Virus record (IMG/VR): IMGVR_UViG_2882238243_000002
Location: 1 to 64,000 of that record
Reading direction: 5' to 3' (one strand)
From: a virus
Lineage: Duplodnaviria > Caudoviricetes
Length of the DNA: 64,000 bases
Each line of letters begins with the position of its first letter. Positions within the stretch are counted from its first letter, which is position 1. Both the position numbers and the translations under genes were made by a program. The notes beneath the pieces were generated by a model. That model ran no database searches, was not told where the DNA came from, and saw only the letters and a list, made by a program, of their open reading frames with translations. Shown here one piece after another: positions 49,743-60,368 of this stretch.

Positions 49743-49925
49743 TTACATTACCTGTTTAACAATATTTGATTTTCGAATCTTATTTAGATCAATCATACCT
49801 TTTCTGGATTCGGTAAAATAATACTTTTTGTATCTGGTGTAAGTATGATGTAGATCACCTTCATTTCCAAACGAATAACCTAACTTCTGTAACTCAACAC
49901 TTTCTGATTTTGTAATCTGAATTAT
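49743..49925 (-). CDS. Hypothetical protein (probable ATA start)
   Basis: GAAAGAAGG SD before ATA-ATT-CAG; track start lies inside a tRNA. Confidence 0.55.
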   Translation of the reverse strand: MIQITKSESVELQKLGYSFGNEGDLHHTYTRYKKYYFTESRKGMIDLNKIRKSNIVKQVM

Positions 49926-49969
49926 GAAAAAACCTTCTTTCTTGTTTTGTATTCCGTAAAATACGGTAA

Positions 49970-50043
49970 TTGGGCATGAGTGATTTGAACACTCGACATC
50001 CTGATCCCAAATCAGGTGCTCTGCCAAACTGAGCCAATGCCCA
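49970..50043 (-). tRNA. tRNA-Pro(UGG), second copy
   Basis: TGGGCAT/ATGCCCA acceptor; CCTGA-TTTGGGA-TCAGG anticodon arm. Confidence 0.88.
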
Positions 50044-50256
50044 TAAAAATACCAATGACAACACTACCAGAACGGTAATGTTGCCATCGGCTTGAAAGGA
50101 AATAAGATTATTATTAATCACTTTTATATTCTCTTCCTATGGTTCCCTTATTTTTAAAAGAGGAAAAATCACGGGAGTTACCCGTATAGCATATGGAAGT
50201 ATCCCATATTTTTTAGATGGGTCGGTTTTCTCAAAAAGTAACTTTTCAGTAACTAT

Positions 50257-50544
50257 TTAATGTTTATATGTATTTTTAACTCTGGTTTTTATAGTATTCG
50301 ATATGGAAAAAGAGGGATATATAACGCCTGCTATTGTTTTTTCTTTCACGCCAAATAAATTTTTGTACGTAGTTTCTTTTCTTGATTTCGTTTTATAAAC
50401 ACCTAGTCCGGGCACGTCAACACTTTCTCCATTAATTAAACTTTCAATAATTAGGTTAGAAGAAACATTATACATCTCCTCCACAGCATAGTTAGAAAAT
50501 CTTCCTCTCTTTGCAACTTCCTTGATAAATTCATTTTTTGTCAA
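50257..50544 (-). CDS. Second HU-family protein
   Basis: MTKNEFIKEVAKR..GESVDVPGLGVY..PSFSIS. Confidence 0.8.
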   Translation of the reverse strand: MTKNEFIKEVAKRGRFSNYAVEEMYNVSSNLIIESLINGESVDVPGLGVYKTKSRKETTYKNLFGVKEKTIAGVIYPSFSISNTIKTRVKNTYKH

Positions 50545-53362
50545 TCAAACTTCCTCCGTATCTCTTGAATTTTATGTCATATAGTTTTAAATCCCCATCG
50601 TAACTTTCATCAATATATGTATCAGATGGATTAAGTTTTTTCATTAATTCTAAAACTGCTTCATTTTCATAATTAAACAAAGCAAAAAATAATAATTTGG
50701 AAATATGAGAGTATTTTTTCATATCAACATATTCCACCAACGAAAACATAGTATGTACGTTAATTTTTATGTTTTGAATATTAAATACCAAATCATCTTT
50801 ATATTGAGACGTTAATAAATATTTTTCGCTTACTTCATAATAATCTTTCGACCAAACTGCATTAATTGACGACATTGTAGTTTCACACATTTTCACAATT
50901 TTGCTTAGCTGTTTTTTATTCACTGAGTTCTGATTAAATTCTGCAAATCTAAAACAGTGCGAGAGAGGAATAAAATCATTAGCATCAGTTTTTTTTGAAC
51001 GATATTGATTTATTTCTCTTAGCAAATAATCCATGGTTGTTTCATGATAGTTATATTTTTTTCTTTGTGAGTCTCTATAACCCTTTGTTTGAGCTATAAA
51101 TCCAAGAAAAGCCGGCTTAATTGTCTTATTACTAAATGTTGTCTTTTTCCACTTCTCTTTAATTTCTCTTATTTCTTTACCAGATGAAATGTCAAACTCT
51201 TTTTTTGCCTTATCAATCTCGATACAGCTTAAAACATTTAATATACAAATATCATGATATAATTCTTTGATCTCATCGTAGCATGAATTTAATGTTTTTC
51301 CAGACTTATTAATATAATCCCACATCAAAGTATTTAATTCCTGTGATAGATTCACGATTTCGCCAATCTTATTTTCACTGGTTTTATAATCCAAATCAGA
51401 TTTTTCTTTTGCCGTGTATATTCTTTTAACCTTATTAGCAGGGACTCTATTAGCTGGGACTTTAAATACATCATAGTTTTTTAAAGCAGCATTTATAAGA
51501 ATTGAATTGTTTGTCACTATCATCTGATCTGAGTCGTAGTCAGCACCAGAAAGTCTTTCCAGAATATTCTCTCCAATAGCATTTAAACACACGATTTCAT
51601 CAGTCAAGTTAAAATACTTATCAATCATATCGTGTTTAATATTTGTTGAAACAAGAAGGTTTGAAGTTGATATATGAGGACTTCGACAACCTAACACTTT
51701 TTCCCCAAATGGGTATCTGGTTGTATGTATATTTCCACACGGAATAGAAGAGTGTCCATTAAACAATCCTATACTATGGAGCAACATTTCATAGGGATTG
51801 CCAAATAAGACTGAATAATTTCCATCAATTAAAACGTGTCCTCTTTTCATATTTTTTAAATATGCCTTACAGGCTTCCCTTTTAAAGTCATAAAAATATT
51901 TTGTTTTATAAAATTCATCTGATAGATTCATCATAGTGTAAACAATATCATTTTTATCTTTGAATACATTTGAAAGACTTTCATCTATATTATCAAGTAA
52001 TGAACATTTTACATGATATTTTAATACATCTGTATCAGTATTTAATAAATTCACATAATCCAAAGATGGTTGTAATAAAGTATGAACGTCTTTCCTTGAC
52101 AATTGTAAAGTATTCAATAACTGATAGTGGCACTGAACCATCCTACCTCCAAAAAAATGAGTCTTTTTTTCATGTTTTACGACACTGAAAGTAGAGTTTA
52201 TATTTTTTAACCACTGCATAATAGGAGCAAATTTGGCGTACTTAATGCTATTTGGGGTTGTAATCAATTTTATATCTTCAATTTTGTCAGTCAATGTAAT
52301 AGATTCTGGGTGTAGTTGTGAAATTTGAGTAATGTTGTTATCAGAAAACCACGTTTGAATATTTGTATTAAAACAACAGGATTTGAAAAATCTATTCCTT
52401 AGAAGAACCATACCATATTCTTTATAATCACCCATTATGCTTATATCAATTAGAGATTGTCCATCGAAAATTGAATTTGACACTTCTACATCATCTTCTT
52501 TAACTGTAATTCTTTTATTTTCATCCATTCCGACAACTACAGAATTTTCCACAAAAGTACTATCATGGTCTGGTATGATTAGAATACTCTTTGGGTCAAT
52601 GGTAAGAATATCAATAGCACTACTAGTTGGAAGAGAGATATACGATTCCAAAGCCGCTAAATCTACTGCATCCCCCTCTGATATGTCTAATCCACACATT
52701 TCCCATAAATGAATTTCTGGATACAGGCTTTCCTCGACAAATAAGCATTTGCCAACCCTTGACGAACCAGACGTTCTTTTAAGCCTTATGTAGTGATATC
52801 CATTGCAATTAAAACCTTTTTCATAAAGATAATCTCGTAATTCCTTTTTAGAAAGAACAACTCCTACATTTTTGCTATCGTACACTAAATTTCCGAATTT
52901 ATCCTCAACAAAAACAAAACCACTTGGTAATTCTAACGAAGTCATGTTTTGCGTTGGAATAGAAGTAATTATCCCAACTATAACACCAGAATCCTGAGCA
53001 ACGTTATCTTTAAAACATAATTCTTCTAAAGAATATCCGTCCATTACATAGGTATTCTTTTTTACTTTATTAAAATCCCGACTAGTATATTTGAAGGTTA
53101 CATTTATGATTTTATCACTGTACTCTTTTCCATTATGGGAAAATGTAAACTTCATGTTTTTGGAATAGATAGACTTTACAATCTCTCTAATTTTTTCGCT
53201 ATCAAGGCTATAGTCTAAAGAGTTTACAAATCTGTTATAATTAATATTTCCTGATTTTGTCACAAGTCTGTAACCAATTTTATTTTTTTCTTCTTCTTTG
53301 AAATTGTTTGCCAAATATAAATCTTTGGCATCAACTGAAGGTATATAGATGGAATTTCTCAT
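50531..53362 (-). CDS. YonO-like single-subunit (two-barrel) phage RNA polymerase
   Basis: KRTSGSSRVG, FDGQSL, LRNRFFK, CRSPH, LSGADYDSD (DxDxD) motifs; at the head of the late region as in SPbeta. Confidence 0.88.
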   Translation of the reverse strand: MRNSIYIPSVDAKDLYLANNFKEEEKNKIGYRLVTKSGNINYNRFVNSLDYSLDSEKIREIVKSIYSKNMKFTFSHNGKEYSDKIINVTFKYTSRDFNKVKKNTYVMDGYSLEELCFKDNVAQDSGVIVGIITSIPTQNMTSLELPSGFVFVEDKFGNLVYDSKNVGVVLSKKELRDYLYEKGFNCNGYHYIRLKRTSGSSRVGKCLFVEESLYPEIHLWEMCGLDISEGDAVDLAALESYISLPTSSAIDILTIDPKSILIIPDHDSTFVENSVVVGMDENKRITVKEDDVEVSNSIFDGQSLIDISIMGDYKEYGMVLLRNRFFKSCCFNTNIQTWFSDNNITQISQLHPESITLTDKIEDIKLITTPNSIKYAKFAPIMQWLKNINSTFSVVKHEKKTHFFGGRMVQCHYQLLNTLQLSRKDVHTLLQPSLDYVNLLNTDTDVLKYHVKCSLLDNIDESLSNVFKDKNDIVYTMMNLSDEFYKTKYFYDFKREACKAYLKNMKRGHVLIDGNYSVLFGNPYEMLLHSIGLFNGHSSIPCGNIHTTRYPFGEKVLGCRSPHISTSNLLVSTNIKHDMIDKYFNLTDEIVCLNAIGENILERLSGADYDSDQMIVTNNSILINAALKNYDVFKVPANRVPANKVKRIYTAKEKSDLDYKTSENKIGEIVNLSQELNTLMWDYINKSGKTLNSCYDEIKELYHDICILNVLSCIEIDKAKKEFDISSGKEIREIKEKWKKTTFSNKTIKPAFLGFIAQTKGYRDSQRKKYNYHETTMDYLLREINQYRSKKTDANDFIPLSHCFRFAEFNQNSVNKKQLSKIVKMCETTMSSINAVWSKDYYEVSEKYLLTSQYKDDLVFNIQNIKINVHTMFSLVEYVDMKKYSHISKLLFFALFNYENEAVLELMKKLNPSDTYIDESYDGDLKLYDIKFKRYGGSLIDKK

Positions 53363-55188
53363 TAACAAGCCTCCATAAATCTTATTCCATAATTATTCTC
53401 TGTGTATTCTAATAAGGATTTCATATTATCAAAAATATCTTGCTTTATATCACTTGAATTACATAGTGAGATATATTTAAATTTAAGTTCTTTATTAGTA
53501 TTTGGTTCTATTAAACAAAGCATAATAAAATTTCCGTCAAAATTTGTAATTTTCCACATTTTGTTTTTACAAGAATTTACTAAGTCTATATACTTTGAAA
53601 TCTTTATATGCTGCTTATTTTGTTTTTCTATGCATTTTACAAACATTTCTCTTATATTTTTTTCAAAATTTCCAAACACATCTTGATTACTATACTCATA
53701 CTCAGAAACTAAAGTACACCCATTTAATAAAGTAATACGTCTATAATCATCAGAAACTCTTATTTTTAAATAATCATTTTGATTACACATCTCTGTTAGT
53801 TCAAAAACAACATTTTGATATAGTTGATTATTCATCAATGCTGCTTTAATTAGTTCATTTTCTAAATCAACTAATTTTCCACGTTTATATTCTTCATATT
53901 TTTCTTTGATAAAACTTTCAGACAGCTGTGTTGAAATGATTCTTATTTCTCCAATTAATTCTTTTATTTTTCCGCTATGTATATTATCTTCAAATTCGAC
54001 ATCAAAATATAACATGTGAAAATTATATTGCTGTGAAGCCCAATGACTATACGGAACAATGCTTTTGACATAGGATAATGTAGAAATATGTGTTATTCGT
54101 TTGAGCAAATTTTCGCATTGTTTAACACGTTCTTGGAGTCGAGAGAATCCTTTCTTAACATCTCCTTCATAATCCAAAGAAAGAATATCTCCTTTTTGAA
54201 TTTTTACCTTTATAATTTCTTCCTCAAACAATGTATAATCCATATATAAAAATTCTGTTCTGAACTGAATCTCATATATCTTAGGAGAGACTTGTTTTAA
54301 TGCATATACAATTTTTTTGTCCTTAAATGAATCTAACATATCAAAAAAATAATGATTAATATTATTTTTAAAAAGTTCCTTTAAATCAATACATGATTTT
54401 TTCTTAATTGAATAATAGCACCATAGTTTATCTGAATAGTCTAACTTATCAAAATACGCTAAAACATTTTCATCTGTATTTTCTCCATTTTTATATTTCT
54501 GTATTGCATTCCAGAACCAATCCAGTCGTTCCCATTGGATCTTGTAATTCAACTTATCCTGACGCTTCCATTCAATTTTTCTCAACGCGATAGTACTGTC
54601 GTAATCATTTCTCGTATAGGTTTTAATAAAACAATCTCCATCAGAATAAATTAAATTAAATACTGAAATATCGTTCTTGCATTTTTGATTAATAAAATAT
54701 CTAGTATCTACCTCAACAACATCATTCCCTAATTCGTCCCATTTAGGAATATATTGCTCCGTTTTTCTATTCGTTGTCCTGATCTCAAAATAAAATATTT
54801 TACCAGAAACAGTAGTTACGATAATATCTGGGCGATAATCTCCAAATGAAGTATGTAAAGTTTTTTCAGTCGATACATCTTCAACTTCATATTCAGTGTT
54901 ATTCACTATAAATTTGCAGCCCTTTTCAAATAGCCAAGTTTTACAAATATAGTGAACGAATGTTTCCTCATTGCAGCCACCCGTTTCATGATAGAAGTGT
55001 GGTTGTACTTGATAATTAATATCCTTCTTGTAGGCTCTTGGTTTAATAATCCCCTTGCAACACGGACAATAGTATTCTATACAATCTTTTGCATCGTCAA
55101 TATGAATGTAATTTGCCGACTCATCGGCAGAATCCAGGGCAACTATTAGTTGTGGTAAATCTCTTGTTTCAAATAAAATATCTTTTAT
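53362..55188 (-). CDS. CoiA-like Zn-finger/PD-(D/E)xK nuclease-domain protein (probable ATA start, ~608 aa)
   Basis: In-frame extension adds YYCPCCKG..PHFYH..ETFVH; RPDII..FEI; AAGGAGGG RBS 7 nt before ATA. Confidence 0.7.
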   Translation of the reverse strand: MKDILFETRDLPQLIVALDSADESANYIHIDDAKDCIEYYCPCCKGIIKPRAYKKDINYQVQPHFYHETGGCNEETFVHYICKTWLFEKGCKFIVNNTEYEVEDVSTEKTLHTSFGDYRPDIIVTTVSGKIFYFEIRTTNRKTEQYIPKWDELGNDVVEVDTRYFINQKCKNDISVFNLIYSDGDCFIKTYTRNDYDSTIALRKIEWKRQDKLNYKIQWERLDWFWNAIQKYKNGENTDENVLAYFDKLDYSDKLWCYYSIKKKSCIDLKELFKNNINHYFFDMLDSFKDKKIVYALKQVSPKIYEIQFRTEFLYMDYTLFEEEIIKVKIQKGDILSLDYEGDVKKGFSRLQERVKQCENLLKRITHISTLSYVKSIVPYSHWASQQYNFHMLYFDVEFEDNIHSGKIKELIGEIRIISTQLSESFIKEKYEEYKRGKLVDLENELIKAALMNNQLYQNVVFELTEMCNQNDYLKIRVSDDYRRITLLNGCTLVSEYEYSNQDVFGNFEKNIREMFVKCIEKQNKQHIKISKYIDLVNSCKNKMWKITNFDGNFIMLCLIEPNTNKELKFKYISLCNSSDIKQDIFDNMKSLLEYTENNYGIRFMEAC

Positions 55189-55353
55189 GATTTAACCCTC
55201 CTTTTCATTTCTACTTATTAATTCTCCAAACGATCCACAAACCGATTGAAATTTCTAATTCATTATTCTTTTTCAATCCTCAATGTGCTACAATACTTAC
55301 AATGCTATGTGGCAATAGCAGAAGTAAATTCAACCAATAAAGGAGGTTCATAG

Positions 55354-55524
55354 TTGAGTAATATTTTAATTGTTGCAATAATATCCATCACCATGTTGCA
55401 ATCAATATCAATTCTGCTTCTCATTTGTAATTCTCTCTCAAAGAATACAAAGAAATTTATCACTTGCGCCAACAAGAAGATAACGAAGCGAATTTTAAGA
55501 CTCTTGTTAATACATAAAGAGTAA
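55354..55524 (+). CDS. Small hydrophobic peptide (56 aa), counter-oriented
   Basis: AGGAGG RBS, TTG start, N-terminal TM segment, basic C-terminus; TGCTACAAT extended -10 upstream. Confidence 0.5.
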   Translation: MSNILIVAIISITMLQSISILLLICNSLSKNTKKFITCANKKITKRILRLLLIHKE

Positions 55525-55593
55525 CCTTATTGGGATTGAGTTTATGTATATATTGTGTAGGGTCTGGTGTCTGAAAAAATGATATCAGACCTT

Positions 55594-55824
55594 TCAATCT
55601 ATTAAATTCAAATCCTCTGTTTTTATTTCGTGTCCAAGCCAATCCAGTAACTGTCTAATTCCACGTATGCACTCATAATGAATAATGTCACCATCTATGT
55701 TCTCTAAAAATTCTTCACCATTTATAATACCTTGTCCGCAAATAGAGCAGTGGTAGTCATATTTTGGTGATATATAGTTGGGACAGTGGCAATTACAAGG
55801 ATCGAATAAGCAAATACTACACAT
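55594..55824 (-). CDS. Small Cys-rich (Zn-binding) protein
   Basis: CSIC..C..CP..CSIC..H..C. Confidence 0.65.
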   Translation of the reverse strand: MCSICLFDPCNCHCPNYISPKYDYHCSICGQGIINGEEFLENIDGDIIHYECIRGIRQLLDWLGHEIKTEDLNLID

Positions 55825-56206
55825 TTTCACCAACCTGACTTTCCGTATGCAATCTAAATCTTTCCTGCTCAAATAGCTCATTTCCTCTATCAAAGCATTT
55901 CATCATATACTCATATCTATCTATGTAATATTTAAAGAATCCGTCCGTTAGGAGAGTGGTAATATATCTAGTAACTTCCAATTTGATTTGGTTTCTCTCA
56001 GATGCAAATTCAACATTTGCCTGTTTTCCGATTAAATCAAGCATGGATACATCATTTCTTTTTAAATACATGGTGGCGTTGTATTTTTCAGTTTCCCTTT
56101 TGAATTCAATCATTGCAACGATTGAATAGTCGTTCATTAAATCTACCTCTATAGTATTAGCTGCTATTATTTTATATCTCAACATTTTAATTCCTCCATT
56201 TTTCAA
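55817..56206 (-). CDS. Hypothetical protein
   Basis: GGAGG RBS before the internal ATG. Confidence 0.7.
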   Translation of the reverse strand: MKNGGIKMLRYKIIAANTIEVDLMNDYSIVAMIEFKRETEKYNATMYLKRNDVSMLDLIGKQANVEFASERNQIKLEVTRYITTLLTDGFFKYYIDRYEYMMKCFDRGNELFEQERFRLHTESQVGENV

Positions 56207-56220
56207 TTTTTATTATTTAT

Positions 56221-56835
56221 TTAACTTAACCATACTTCCCAATATCCATCACAGTATTTTGTTTTTAATTCTCTGTTATTAAAATGAAATTTAGCAAGAT
56301 CCATAATCTGATATATGTAATAACAATAATCCCTTTGACCAGAGCGAATACAACTCAAAATATCATTTATATATGAACAATATTCCTGCCAGTTTGTACA
56401 TCCATTATATTCACCTTGTGTTTCTTCGTTCCATTTTCCAGATTCTTTTGAATACTTATTTCCAAGTTTTTTTACATCCTTACCATACGGACTCATAAAT
56501 AGTTTTCTAACATTAAATTCCTTTTGCCACTTTTCATCTGTTAAATTTGGTAGTGGTCTGCCATTTGTATTAGATACAATTTTCATTTCCCTTAATTCTT
56601 CAAGTGTCATATGCATGTATTTATTCTCCTCATCTTTGTGTTTTTTCTTTTCTTGTAATAGATTTTCTAACTTGTTAGCATCTATCTGATTACTAATTCT
56701 CTTTTTGTTTGGGAAACTAGTGTTAAAATCTTCAATGTTTATTTCACCTGAATAAATGGTAGTGCTAGTTTTAGTGTTGTGACCGGTGGTATTATGATTT
56801 CCTAAATCTGTGCAAGACGTAGTTTTTATTGTCAT
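56221..56835 (-). CDS. Hypothetical protein
   Basis: AAAGGAG RBS. Confidence 0.65.
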   Translation of the reverse strand: MTIKTTSCTDLGNHNTTGHNTKTSTTIYSGEINIEDFNTSFPNKKRISNQIDANKLENLLQEKKKHKDEENKYMHMTLEELREMKIVSNTNGRPLPNLTDEKWQKEFNVRKLFMSPYGKDVKKLGNKYSKESGKWNEETQGEYNGCTNWQEYCSYINDILSCIRSGQRDYCYYIYQIMDLAKFHFNNRELKTKYCDGYWEVWLS

Positions 56836-57035
56836 ATATTGCTTTGTTTCTCCTTTTCTGTTTCCAAATAAATTTGTTATTCATTGACTTCTCCTTTTGT
56901 GATTGCCAATTCTGGTTAATAGTTGTTTGACGATTGTTTGTTGATGTGGTAGGGTAGTGGTGTTGTATATTAATTCTCCGTTTAATTTTCATAAACTCAC
57001 TTATCTTGATTTTTCTTTCTTCTAATTTGATTTGG

Positions 57036-58010
57036 TTATTTCGTTTCCTTTCTAATAAAATCATATTTGTTAAAAATATCGGTGTCTCGTATTTTTTCCA
57101 AATATTCTTCATATTTATTTTTTTCATATAACAACTCATATTTTTTATTTTCAGAAACGACATAGTTGTATATATCTTGTATTTCTCCATTTGAATATTT
57201 GTTTTTTTCATTATTTTCATTTGACTTTTTTAATTGGTTAAACATTTGGGCAAATCTACGATTGTTATTAACCGTATTGATATTTTTTTGAATATATCTA
57301 TATGAAGATTTATATTTTTGCTGATTGGATGCGAAAATGTCTATATACTCTTTGTCACATGGCCTTCCGTATACATTTGATAGCTGCTTAATATTATTTT
57401 TGTCATCAATAACAAAATCATTTTGGCGATTAACATATAGTAATCCAAGTTCCTCTAATATTTTCGTATATTCAATTACAGTTCTAATAGATATACCTGA
57501 TTTCTCGGCGATAAAGTCAATTGTTAAATTACCGACTACTCTTGTTTTACTTTGATGTGCGTCCAGATATACTTCAATAGAAGCACTAATGGTTCCAATT
57601 AAAAATACACAGAACTTTAATAATAAAAAACAATTTACATTTTTTGCTTTAAATATAATCTGAACTTCATTAAAGCTTATAATGGTGAATCTTTCTTTTT
57701 CAGTGTCAAACCAAATACTATCGCAATTTAGAAAATAACAAGTCTGATATGAGCCTTCATGAATAACCACTCTGTTCTCAATTAATTCATCAAGCCCGGT
57801 TTTAATGTATTTAATCATTCGTTTTGTCGGCTTTTTATCCATAGTGAGATAGTATGTAATTTGATAGGGTGTTAAACAATGATGGTTTATGGATGAGTTA
57901 CACAAAGCCTTTATTGCACAATAAGTAGCAATGGCATAAGTAGAGTAAGTTTGTGAATTATAAATTTTTTCAGGAATAAATAATTGTAAATCGTATTTTT
58001 CTTCTTTTAT
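57036..58010 (-). CDS. HTH protein, candidate replication initiator (probable ATA start)
   Basis: TIDFIAEKSGISIRTVIEYTKILEELGLLYV winged-HTH; iteron-like repeats upstream. Confidence 0.55.
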   Translation of the reverse strand: MKEEKYDLQLFIPEKIYNSQTYSTYAIATYCAIKALCNSSINHHCLTPYQITYYLTMDKKPTKRMIKYIKTGLDELIENRVVIHEGSYQTCYFLNCDSIWFDTEKERFTIISFNEVQIIFKAKNVNCFLLLKFCVFLIGTISASIEVYLDAHQSKTRVVGNLTIDFIAEKSGISIRTVIEYTKILEELGLLYVNRQNDFVIDDKNNIKQLSNVYGRPCDKEYIDIFASNQQKYKSSYRYIQKNINTVNNNRRFAQMFNQLKKSNENNEKNKYSNGEIQDIYNYVVSENKKYELLYEKNKYEEYLEKIRDTDIFNKYDFIRKETK

Positions 58011-58059
58011 GGGATAAAATCTCCTTTCTCCTTGAAAATTCAAGGATATTTTTTATCAG

Positions 58060-58122
58060 GGTGCAAAAAACGTGCCAAAATGAACTTTCTATCCTATAGA
58101 CGTGGTGCAAAAAACGTGCCAA
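58060..58122 (+). repeat. 19-bp direct repeat GGTGCAAAAAACGTGCCAA x2
   Basis: Exact copies at 58060-58078 and 58104-58122. Confidence 0.85.
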
Positions 58123-58269
58123 TCTGGTACGTTTCGTGCACACTAATTCAACTACTAAGTAATTCAAATACTAAGATTATATAGGGTCTCTATTGATTTG
58201 GTTTTTGTGACGGTAAATGGGTACATGGTTTTATTCTCTATTCAATTTCTAATTCTTTTTCTTGTAAAA

Positions 58270-58601
58270 TTCCATATTGGCTATTCTCCTTATTTGGTTT
58301 GAACATTTCCTTCTCTGTTGGGTATCCATATCATATAAATTCTCTAATTCGTTTAAGATATTTCTGTATAAGGAACCTTTGTTAATATTGAAATGTTCTT
58401 CTAGCAGCGTATATTTTGGAGACATTTTTCTAAACCATGGATTATAAGGTTTTCTATATATAGGTTCTGTTAATGCTGTTTGTTGAAGAGATTGAGATTC
58501 TTCTAATTTAGATATCCGAATATCTCGTCGTTTCTATTGCGATAGAAGTCACATTCCATCTCTCCAAATTTTTCAGTTGTAATAAGTTTTAAATTGCTCA
58601 T
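58270..58601 (-). pseudogene. Antirepressor (BRO-N-like) remnant with internal deletion
   Basis: MSNLKLITTEKFGEMECDFY..NDEIF, then stop; another frame continues RISKLEE..PWFRKMSPKY..LYRNILNELE. Confidence 0.55.
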
Positions 58602-60110
58602 AAAATAAATCTCTCCTTTGCATATTGAAAATTTGTGATTTTGTTTCCAATATTTATTTCTCCGTTTGTGATGCGATTATTTGTAAAAATGACGATAAAA
58701 TATTGTCAGTAATAATAGGGATAGTGGTGTAAGATATAATTCTCTACTTGAAATTCAAAACTTGGAAAAATATTAACAATAATTTTGTTATGGTTGTGTG
58801 TAGTGAAATTTTCTATTTAATGTAAAATCTAATCCATTTGTTTTTTGAAATTAAATTAGTAGATATATAAAATTCTTTATATGCGATTGCTTAACTTTTT
58901 GGGTACTTCTAAGAGTAAATTTCGTTTTAAATAGTCTTGGCGATAATCAGATAGGGTAGAAGAGTAAATTTGAAATTTGAGTTGTGAGAGTGGTTTTTTG
59001 TAAGCAATAAAAAATAGATGAGATTATTCCCATCTATTTATAAATGTGATTAAGTAACAATATATTTTGTTACATTGATATTCTTCTTCATAAAATTTAA
59101 TGCTCACAAGATAAATTTCGATTTTTATTTATAAAATGATAAATTGGTCATGTGATTTAGTTTTATTGAAATTTGGTGCTAAAACGTATCATTTTTGCCT
59201 TATTTCTCGGTAAGAAATAGTTGAGTTTTGGTGAGATATTTAGATGATATTGTTTAGATGGCTGTGAAAGATGCAAGGAATTGCTATGTAAATTTACTAT
59301 ATAATTATAAATTAAAAAGGAGAGTTCGGTAGAAGGGTTGTTTAAAAATTTTTGAGTGGTGTAAAAGTATTAATATCAGTAGATTTGCGTGATTTTTAAG
59401 TGAAAATATTAGTGGAAAAATCTAGACTATAAGAGTGGTAAAATGAGATTTTGAGTATTGTTCGACGGAGAGTAGTAAAATCAAGGGTTTGAGGTAATTT
59501 AAGTGGTTATTTTGATGTGAAAACAATTATCAGAAAATTTAGTTTTGCTTGTGGTTGAGAGATTTGTTCGAAGTGTTAGTCGAAGTGAATTTGAGCAATT
59601 TGGGTTAATTGTTTGTATTCGAAGTGCAATTTTAGTGGTAATGTGTGAGTTGAACTGATAGGGGCTTTTCGCCGGTGGAAACTTTATTTTAATATGTAAA
59701 CGTACCCCCTATGCATAAAACATACCATAATACTACACTATTACGGTATGTTTTGCTAATAAAAGAACATATGATCAGTGACTAGCAGCAGTTGTTTTAC
59801 CGTTATGATATTATCAATATGATAATAACAATAGTTCGATTATCATCTTATCAATTAGATTAATATCGAAAATATATCAACTATATTTCGAATAGTAAAT
59901 ATAAAAATAATATAAACTATATAATATAAAGTAACTATAAAATATATACGTACTATCTAAAAGATACCAAACAATATATCAACGCTTTTAGCAATATCAT
60001 TAATAACATCATTCTTGATCAGTCGCCAATCAATCACCAATCATTCTATAATTCCGGTAAACTTATTTCTACATACATAATCTCTATTTACAGTTTATAT
60101 TGTAGTTATA

Positions 60111-60365
60111 TTATTCTTGTACCTTATCTCGCTCTACGATATCAATCACCAGGTCACAGCCGATCGCATCGCAATACATTTTTAAAGTATCTATAGTAGG
60201 ATTGGTACTTTTATATTTCAAGAAATTACTAACAGTGCCTTTATTCAATCCTGTATATTCTACAATATCTTTTTGTTTCTTTCTTGTATCAATCATTTTG
60301 TGCTTAATCAAATCTATAACTTTATCTGAATTACCATCATAAATCATTGTATTATTATACCTCAA
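60111..60365 (-). CDS. XRE-family HTH regulator
   Basis: QKDIVEYTGLNKGTVSNFL..NPTIDTL..CDAIG. Confidence 0.88.
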   Translation of the reverse strand: MRYNNTMIYDGNSDKVIDLIKHKMIDTRKKQKDIVEYTGLNKGTVSNFLKYKSTNPTIDTLKMYCDAIGCDLVIDIVERDKVQE

Positions 60366-60368
60366 TCA

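Noticed and set aside
38600-50043. tRNA-associated HDV-like (theta) ribozymes
   Set aside because: Sequences 3' of the four phage tRNAs show no convincing nested double pseudoknot by eye
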